A stretch of 64,000 nucleotides of DNA, from NCBI RefSeq assembly GCF_963921235.1, contig NC_086097.1:83826001-83890000 (forward strand), written 5' to 3'. Below, piece by piece: positions 54,625-64,000 of this stretch; within the stretch, counting starts at the first letter, position 1; each line of letters begins with the position of its first letter. Origin of the DNA: Mobula hypostoma. Its lineage: Eukaryota. The notes under the pieces were generated by a model. The model saw only the letters and a program-made list of their open reading frames with translations, was not told the origin of the DNA and ran no database searches. Position numbers and translations under genes: made by a program.

Positions 54625-56906
54625 GTGAGTAAAGAATATTTCCAGAATTTATCAGCTATGCATTTAAAACAAAACGTATTAGCTAAACATTGTCTCATGG
54701 TTTGCAAGGTTCTTAGCAAATTTTGCAGTCTGTTACACAAATGTGTTTGAACAGAAACCTAGAAGGAAAAAAAATGAAAAAGGGGAGAATTTGTGCTGGA
54801 TTTATCAGTTGTATGGGTCAAAATTACTCATAGTTAAAGTTTGTTTTGTATGATTACAGCCATATGTTAAAAGACAAATACATTGCTAACTCTAAATAGT
54901 CTATAAAAATTAAATTGCTTTTAGACTTTAACTGTTGATCCACCAGCAGAACTTATTTCATCCAAGTTTCCCAATCCAGTTATAAAATATTTAAGCCTAA
55001 CACAATCTTACAAGATATATGTAGGCTGTCAGTCTGAAGTCAGTTCAGAAGGCTGCAATCATCTTCATGCCACAATATACAGAATGAAAGGCCAGGCTGG
55101 ATCACACTGCTGGTTAGCAACACAGCAGTCCAATGGCTGTACTAATGTTTCATCATTCTGTGAGGCAGAGGCAACTCGCAAACAGCTTTACACATACATG
55201 GCCTCTCAGGAGGTTCACCATCAGTATGAGCCAGACCAGCACGCTGTAGCTTATTGGTGCCCTTTGTATCTGGCCCTTCAGCTCAATAAAATCCAGAAGG
55301 CACCTGTACTGGAGGTATTTTGGTAATTAATTGTCAGTATGATGCAGCATCATTCCATAATGTAGTGTTGCACTTCGTATCTGGCCCCTCAGCTTTATGC
55401 CAGTCATAGTTACTGCAGCCCAGTGCAGCACCAATCATTGGCCTTAATGTTGAGCTACTCTTTTTGATTAGTCTTAAGAAAGAAACTTCTTAATATGTTT
55501 TAAATTAATTTACTATGATCCTAAATTTGTTGATTTAAATGATGTTGAAATCTTTTTAAACAGCTTTGATTAAAACAAGCCTTTAACAGTGTGAGCTGTC
55601 AAGATGGTGCTGAGGGCAGGGCTGAAGGATGCGTTATCTAGTGACGTGGCCACCGGTTGCAGGGCAGCCCTAGAACTGATGCCCCAAGGGCTCTGCGTGG
55701 CTATGGGGTGGTGATGGAGGGGGAGAAATCCAGGTGCAAACAGCAGTTTGAATTGGCTCCGATCCGGTATGCTGTGTGCACCTCAGTGGTACATTTCATT
55801 CACATTCTGATTCAATCTCAAACTCCACTTTAAAATTTGGAATTTAATCTCTCCGTTTAAACAAGATGTAAGAGAGATTGCTACCAGCTGTGTATGTGTT
55901 CTTCTTTTATAATCTTCTGGATTGTTGCATAGATAGCCATCAAAAGAGAGAGCCCATTGCCAACTCCCTAATAAACCATGCTAAACTCTCTTACGCACAT
56001 TCCTTCTTTGAATAATTTGGTCACAATTCATTTGTGGTTTGAATTGCATGGTAGGGTGTTCACCAGACTACTGAAACAGACAGCATACAGGCAGTGGAAG
56101 GTCTGTCACAGTGAGATATATCAAATGACCAGAGAAAAAGATTCAAGATTATTTTGTAAGTCTCCTTGGGGGGAGAAGTATTGCAACTCCACCCTTTTCC
56201 CTGCTTATCCCTGGCCCAAGACTGTTCAGAGTCCGCTCATCAGGAACACACATGGCAGGGGAACACCACACCCTGGGTAACCCACCCATCCACTTCATCA
56301 AGCAGCCCCTGCCCCATGGGGGGGCAGGATCTGAGGATCCCACCACATTCTCAGAACCCATAGCACTGGGTGTGAGTCAGGGGACACACAGGATGATGAT
56401 GCCCTCTTGCTGCCCTGACCACAGTTTTATACTGGTGTACTCTTAATCTTTTTAGGTGTTGCAGCAGCCATTCTTATGGTCTTCTTAACTGAAATAATCA
56501 ATTGACTTACTGCCTATTTCCACCTGCAGCCTTAGTACCTCTGTAAATACAAACATCGTTCAAGTTGCGATGTTAGGAGGAGAATAGATTGGTTGATCCA
56601 TTAAGAAACATGGAGATCTTCAGAACCAAGAGCTCTGTTCACCAATGCAGTTGTGCAGCTTCTGAGAGATCAAGAAAAATGACTAAAATAGTGAGGGTGA
56701 GAATAAATATGCCAAATTAGAATTCAGGCTGGATCTTGTCCACAAACGCAGCAGTTAGAGATTCCACTTCAAACACACGTTGCGTCCATTCTAAAATCTG
56801 TTCACCCCCATCACTGCCAGGTTTCTACCCCAAGTCATTGTCACGTTGCTGAAAATAAAGCCAGTGCAGTGAAGCAGCGTTTTAAAACGTAAATATTGTT
56901 TTAAAT

Positions 56907-57113
56907 AGCCGGCCGGTGGTGTAGAGGCATCGGCACCGGACTTGGAGGTGAGTGGTTCTGGGTTCGAATCCAGCCGGCTCCTGGTACACTTTCCATCTGT
57001 GCTGGGTTGAGCGTCGAGCTAGCAACTCGGCCTCGTGAAAAAACAGAGGAAGTGCGAAAGAAACGGCCAGGTTGCCACCTGACCTTCACAAGGCATGTAA
57101 AGGAACAACAACA
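56907..57113 (+). mobile_element. Young tRNA-derived SINE with (ACA)n tail and 12-bp target duplication
   Basis: A box TGGTGTAGAGG, perfect B box GGTTCGAATCC; attgttttaaat at 56895-56906 and 57114-57125. Confidence 0.88.
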
Positions 57114-58124
57114 ATTGTTTTAAATTTTAAGTCCTTTAAAGATTTATGATGAAAATTTTGATTAACACTGTTGGAAATAGGTTTATCACCAGCAAGAAAA
57201 CATTGGAATATTTATCTAACAATGCTGGGTGCCTGTCTTTGGACTGTGGTATTGTTCAGCAAGATCCCAGTTGGAAGACCAGTTCACAGCACACCTGTGC
57301 AGCCTGGCACTAGATGCTGTAGTGCAGGACCTCTTCAATTGCAAGTGGCCACTCCCTGTCACTGAGGTCCTATCCCAGCTGTCAGAGCAGTCAATGACGA
57401 TAAATGATTGTGAATGTCCATGAACTATTATAAAATAACTTCTTTTTAAAACACTATGTTCACATAATTAAATCAACACGATTGTGACAGTCAAATAAGA
57501 AGATACAAAGTAACTCAGGGACTTATCTTGCAGTGTTCCAGCCCAGTGGTATTGTTTGTTCCCGTTGTTCCAAAGCAACAAATTTCATGACATATGACAG
57601 TGATGATACATCTGATTCCGATTCATTGATCTTGGCTGGACTACTGGCTTGTGCCTGAATGGGCCATAGATTTCCCAGCCTAAGAGCTCGTAATCTGTGG
57701 ACATCTGCAAGCACAGGGCAGGTACCGTGGGCACTAGAACATAAATGGAGTGGAAGGCTGAGCTTCAGCCTGTGCTCAGGAATCCCCAACTTCAAATCCA
57801 TTAAGATATGAGCAAATTCTAATGGGAATGTTTTGGACTTGGTGCCATTCCAATTTTAAATCACTGAAAATTGTATTATGAGACAAACCAGACTTCTGAT
57901 TATGTTGGGGACAATTGTCGATATATTTTTCAAAAATACAGAATCTTTCAAATGTCGTTGTGAACAGCAGGTTACTCTGTTAATTTTTAAAGTACTGCTA
58001 AAAACCTACAGATGTGAACAATGATAGTTTACTCATCAGGAAGGTGGCCATTTTTAAGATGCAACCAATTTTAAGTACAATGTTCCCGAAGCAAGCTCAT
58101 GACGTCTTTGAAACACATGACAAA

Positions 58125-58375
58125 GAGCCATGCGGTTCAGAAACAGTCCGCCTGCTGACTGTCAAGCACCTTTCTCCACTGATCCTAGACTAATCCCATT
58201 TACTCTCCCCGCATTCTCAACGACACCTCCGGATCCTATCACTCACCATGCACAAGGGAAAATTTACATCAGCCAATTAATATACCAGCCTGCATGTCAT
58301 TAAGTTTTCGGAGAAATCAGAGCATCCGGGGAAAATAAGTAAATTCCACACACATAGTCACTGGAGCCGTACAGT
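58125..58375 (-). mobile_element. Decayed V-domain SINE
   Basis: caagggaaaatttacatcagccaattaatataccagcctgcatgtc...ggagaaatcagagcatccgg. Confidence 0.55.
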
Positions 58376-58978
58376 GCTGTTTTCTCAGCTGCATCATTGT
58401 GCATGGCTATCCTCAAAATTGTTCTGGAGCAGTGTAATCCTGCAGTTACTCTATCCCTTCTACATAATACAGCTTCTACCTCAGTCAAGCAAGGTCCCCT
58501 TTGAAGGCATAAACGTACCTTCTCATCTCCGACTCCAGGCCTGCAGTTCCTCAGAATGCCATTCCTGTACCTTGCAAGTGTCTGTCACATAAATCAACTC
58601 TAAATGATGAATACTAATTGATTGCACAGTTGTGTGAAACATAGCTGCTGAAGCTTAGAGTGTCTAAACTTGAGCTACGCACAATAAAGGGTGCTGGAAG
58701 ATATTCACTACCCATCCTCCTCCCCAAAGTTGCAATACCAATTATAGTAGCCCTTACTTCGCTCTGGAGAACTGTGTGTGGTCCAGTGCATAGAATACAA
58801 AATAGGTTTATTATAGTCAAAATTGGGTAACTTCCATTCAGCTACAAATGCTACACCCTCTCCCACAACCAGTATCCCAGCTAATGCAAAATAAATAAAG
58901 GTTTATCTTCGGCCGTATTTAGGATTTTCTGCTGAAGGAGCTTTGAAAGGTCGAGTTTTGCCTGTGTTTTGCTTTCAG

Positions 58979-59113
58979 GTTCGACATCTGGTGCCACAAA
59001 GGGACCATGCTCTGATAGAGGAGAACGCTCGCCAACAGTCCAATGAGAGGTTGCGGAAGCAGTTTGCTACACAGGCCAATGTCATTGGTCCTTGGATTCA
59101 GACAAAAATGGAG
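58979..59113 (+). CDS. ACTN1: ACTN1 exon 16 (135 nt): [45 protein letters not shown]
   Basis: Acceptor gctttcag|GTT, donor GAG|gtaatt; ORF 58943..59152. Confidence 0.96.
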
Positions 59114-59667
59114 GTAATTTTAGCTGTCTCTAAACTACAGCTGCATTTTTAGTGGCAGTGCCATTAAGAAACATGATGGCTTTATGATTAAAGAATGTAT
59201 TATTAGATGGATATTGACAACTGCAAATCTCTTTGTGTTTTCATGGTAACTGGGGAAAATCCACATGATCGCAAGGAGAATGTGCCATGTGGTTTAATTT
59301 GACCTTGTGTTCAGCACAGGCATTATGGGCCAAAGGGCCGTTCATGTGCTGTACTGCTCCACATTCTAAACAGCCAATTATTGACCATGATATCATTCAT
59401 TGCTCCTTTTCACGTAGTGCCAAGGAATCTTCTCTACCCATTGAGAGGGGAATGCTTCAGTTTATGATCTCATCCAAAAGATGCAATTCTGACATTTGCA
59501 GCATCCCCTCAGGATTCCCATGCAGTGTTTGTCTGTAGTACATCTGAACGTTTTGTATCTCTGAAGAGGAGTGGGAAATAAGCATGGAGATTTTGTACAA
59601 TTCACCCTTCAGAACTGTACAATGGTCTCCCCCTTTTTCTGAAATATGCTCTTCCATCTGTCTATAT

Positions 59668-60020
59668 CAGTGGTCCCCAACCTCCGGGCCGCGGACCAAT
59701 ATCGGGCCGCGAAGCATGCAGGGGTGCAGCAGTAGCTGGGACGTACCCAGCACATCTTTAAGAAAAAAGCTGAAATAAACAAGCTAATTAATTCGGTGCC
59801 ACCCGGCACGTAAATGTCAGCCCAGATCAGAGGCGATTGCTGATTGCGTAGAGCAAGTGAAATCGGCAATCGCCTCTGATCTGGGCCGATATTTACATGC
59901 CGGGCGGCACCTAATTAATTAGCTTGTTTATTTCAGCTTTTTTCTTAAATATGTGCTGGGTGTGTTCCGACTACTGCTGCACCCCTGCATGCTTCGCGGC
60001 CTGGAGGTTGGAGACCACTG
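59668..60020. mobile_element. hAT (Charlie-like) fold-back MITE
   Basis: Ends CAGTGGTCCCCAACCTCC / GGAGGTTGGAGACCACTG; internal arms about 140 nt; flanks tctatat / cctatat. Confidence 0.88.
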
Positions 60021-60879
60021 CCTATATGAAAATGCAAGTTTAGAAATTCAGTGCCGTTACCTCGCCTTTTCAGCATAAAGCCATTGACAAGTCACTGATA
60101 ACAATCATTTCTAAGTCATATTGCAGTGTTCCAGAAATTCAGCTTAGCATCAGGGGTGACATAATTTCCCACACCAGTCTTAAAAGAGTATTGAGAGAGA
60201 AATTAGGCTAAGTTGGCCAGGGCCAGTAATGCTTCACTAATATCACTTGATTGGGAGATTGCAAAGTAAGTTCCTCGCTTACCTATGATCCTAGGCAGCC
60301 TCCCATTCAGTTCCAAGCCCACACTGACTCCTAATCTTGCTCCTATCCCTGCAAGGTCCAGGCCCCTGACGCCCATACTCTCTGTGGGTTCACAACCAAC
60401 TTCCGTCAATAGTTCTTTTTCCCAATCCAACAACTCCCCCAAATCCCTCCTTGGATCCCCGTTTTACTTCTATTTTCAATTCCTTGCACTCCAACTCACC
60501 CCCCGCCCCAACGCCATCACATCTTGTTGCTGTCTCTAGGCCATGACCGTGGACAATCTCCCTCTTAGCCTCTTGCCACCAACCCCTTCTGGAGACACCC
60601 TGATTATTTTCATTCCTTAACCAAACCACAGTCCCAACGCTCGTCCTGTGGACCACCAGCCGTCTTCTCCCTTGCCCCAACCCCTATATCACAAGCTGCT
60701 CGTTTTCCACTGCAGAGAAATGTAAGTCTCTGAAAGGTGCAGCAGCTGGGTCAAATACAAATATTTTGCACTGCCTGGCTGGACAAGACTCGTGGCTGTA
60801 CAAAATGTCTGCTCCTAAGTATGGAGTTTTAGCACCTCCGTTTCATAATCGTGTTTAAGCTCTGAGCATCATACTGATG

Positions 60880-61559
<680 letters not shown>

Positions 61560-62175
61560 TAAATGTCTGGAGATAACTCCGAATTCCCGCTGCTGGCTCA
61601 CAACTTTTGTCTTATCTTGTGTTGGCGGTCTACAGTTGAAATGGCTCGTGTTCTCCCTTTTCCTTGATTCAGGTGGTAGGTTCAAATAGTAGAGGCACTG
61701 AGCATGGAGTTTGCTCCCCCAGCCTTCTCTCCACCGTTGACTGGAGTTCCAACACAGCCAGGGGTTAGCTCTTCCTCAACCCTGCAATGCAGACCTTCAT
61801 AAATACAAAAACTCAATCATTTGACTCAAATATCAGCATGTATGCTGTAGACAATGTCCACATCAGGAGTCGAGTTTATGGAAATGAAACCGGTCACGTG
61901 ATAAGGCAGCCACACAGTGCAAGCTCTGGTGAATACTTTGGCTTCAAGGCAGTCACTCTTTTACTTCTAGCCGGTGGCCACCCACACTTGACCTATGCCC
62001 TTTTAAAATGGGTCAGTGTCATTTCTTAAAGGCGATGCATTGTTTAAGCAGATGACTATTCCGGTACAGTTGTCAGATATTCAGGAAGATTCAAAGCTGT
62101 TTATGTGAGATTAACAGTGTGATCTTAGTTTGGAATGTCACCACAGACAGATACATCCTCTTTCTGAAACAAAAG

Positions 62176-62480
62176 GCACCAGGGGGAGGTGATAGGCAGG
62201 TGAGGAAAAGAAGTAAGAGAGGAGCCAGTGTAGGGAATTGAAGAAGAGGGAATGGGGAGGGAGGAAAGTTGAAATAGATGTTCATGTCATCAGGTTGGAG
62301 GCTATCTAGAAGGGAATATGAGGTATTGCTCCTCCAACCTCAAAGTGACCTCATCGTGGCAGAAGAAGAGGTCATGGACAGACATTTTGGAACGGGAATA
62401 GGGATAGGAATTAAAATGGTTGGCCACCGAGAAATTCCGCTTTTTGCGGATGGAGCAGAGTTGTTTGACAAAGTTGTCAA
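62176..62480 (-). mobile_element. Penelope-like element 3' end: C-terminal part of GIY-YIG endonuclease plus start of 3' repeat
   Basis: Minus strand translates as DNFVKQLCSIRKKRNFSVANHFNSYPYSRSKMSVHDLFFCHDEVTLRLEEQYLIF / (frameshift) LLDSLQPDDMNIYF. Confidence 0.78.
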
Positions 62481-62484
62481 TATC

Positions 62485-62845
62485 TATCCCCTCCCCCTGG
62501 TACTCCTCCTCTTTCCCTTTCTCCCATGGTCTACTCTCCTCTCCTATTAGATTCCTTCTTCTCCAGCCCTTTGCCTTTTACATCTATCACCTCCCAGTTT
62601 CTTACTTCATTCCCCCTGCCCTCACCTCTCCCTTACCCACTTGGCTTCACCTATCACCTTGCTTTCTTTCTTCCATCTTCTTATTCGGGCATCTTCCCCC
62701 TTCCTTTCCAGTCATGGTGAAAGGTCTTGGTCTGAGAAGTCAACTGTTTATTCATTTAATTAGATGCTGCCTGACCTGCTGAATTCCTCCAGCATTTAGT
62801 GTGTGTTGCTCGAGATTTCCAGCATTTGCAGAGTCTCATGTATTT
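62485..62845 (+). mobile_element. Penelope-like terminal repeat, + orientation, decayed hammerhead
   Basis: Pyrimidine-rich body, agtcatggtgaaaggtcttggtctgagaagtcaact, gatgctgcctgacctgctgaattcctccagcatttagtgtgtgttg. Confidence 0.75.
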
Positions 62846-63019
62846 ATGATTTGCAGAATAGTGAGGTAGTGTTCATGAACAATTTAGAACTTTAATGGCT
62901 GAAGGGAAGAAGCTGTTCCTAAAATGCTGAGTGTGCATTTTCAGGAGCAGACATTTTGTGATATGTCTTAGATATCATTATTTTGCCTACATTTTGCACT
63001 ATAGTTACAACATCAAATT

Positions 63020-63345
63020 TCACAACACACACTAAATGCTGGAGGAACTCAGTAGGTTAGGCAGCATTTATGGAAATGAATAAATAGTCGATGTTTCAGG
63101 CTGACGCCCTTCTTCAGGACTGAGAGAGAAGGGGGAAGATGCCAGAATAAAAAGATGGGGGGGGGGTGGAAAGAGGCTACCCAGAAGGTGATAGGTGAAG
63201 CCACGTGGTTGGAAAACATAAGGAGTTGGGGAGGAAGGATAGGAGGATCTGATGGGAGAGGAGAGCGGACCATAGGAGAAAGGGAAGGAGGAGAGGACCC
63301 AGGGGAGGTGATAGGCAGGTAAGAAGAGGTGAAAGCCCAGAGTGG
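63020..63345 (-). mobile_element. Penelope-like terminal repeat, - orientation
   Basis: Reverse complement aligns with 62485-62810 over about 300 nt. Confidence 0.78.
63086..63121 (-). ncRNA. Minimal type I hammerhead ribozyme motif within Penelope-like repeat
   Basis: Minus strand AGUC-CUGAAGA-A-GGGC(GUCA)GCCU-GAAA-CAUC-GACU: stem I AGUC/GACU, CUGANGA core, stem II, GAAA, UC cleavage site. Confidence 0.65.
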
Positions 63346-63673
63346 TTCATGAGAATAAATCTGATTCTGACTTGAAATTTTCACTGTTTCTCTACAGAAT
63401 GCTACCTGACCTGAATATTTATTGCAATTGAAATGGAAATGGTTGTACTTGGCAGTATTCAGGGTGCAATGTTGTTTGTGGTTTTGAGCACAGTAGAACT
63501 CCCACGGCATTGTTTTCCTCTCGCCGTGTTAGCAACTGTTTCTAAAGATACGCTAGCTGTTCTAGCTTGCATGGTACTAAACTCCTTATTTTGTTGCAGG
63601 TCTAACAAGGGTGCATTGAGAATAGCACTCAGAGAATACCCAAGTGTGGGAGATACGATGGAGGATGCATTAA

Positions 63674-63895
<222 letters not shown>

Positions 63896-64000
63896 TGATA
63901 GTCGTTCGATTTTTCTGGCCGAGACTACTTGACTACAGTAAAGAATTCATTTAAGAAATGGGTGATGGGTTTAAGAGTGGAATGTTTGCCATGGAAACCA

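Noticed and set aside
56907..56985. tRNA gene
   Set aside because: A/B boxes continue into a SINE body with an (ACA)n tail and a target duplication; I could not build a convincing cloverleaf.

Overview
This is vertebrate genomic DNA, most likely from a cartilaginous fish such as a ray; that is inferred from the repeat content (CR1 LINEs, V-domain SINEs, Penelope-like remnants), not proven. The whole window lies inside one + strand gene, alpha-actinin-1 (ACTN1). Thirteen exon positions equivalent to human exons 6-18 were read by hand. All have GT-AG boundaries and compatible phases, and they join into 1765 nt of open frame encoding the second CH domain, neck, four spectrin repeats and the start of the EF-hand region. 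Exons 1-5 and 19-21 fall outside the window. The main finding is a second, intact 86-nt copy of exon 8 (16806-16891) that the ORF track misses. It forms a mutually exclusive 8a/8b pair, which I know from ACTN2 and ACTN4 but not from mammalian ACTN1. The introns are rich in transposons: nested CR1, L1, Rex/Babar and SINE insertions, Tc1, Tigger-like and hAT MITEs, and Penelope-like terminal repeats. One Penelope-like copy keeps a full minimal hammerhead ribozyme core. There is also a 1.1-kb G-rich minisatellite next to exon 10 and a SINE flanked by a 170-bp duplication. Exon coordinates are exact by my count; repeat boundaries are approximate and family names come from motif recognition, not from a database search.
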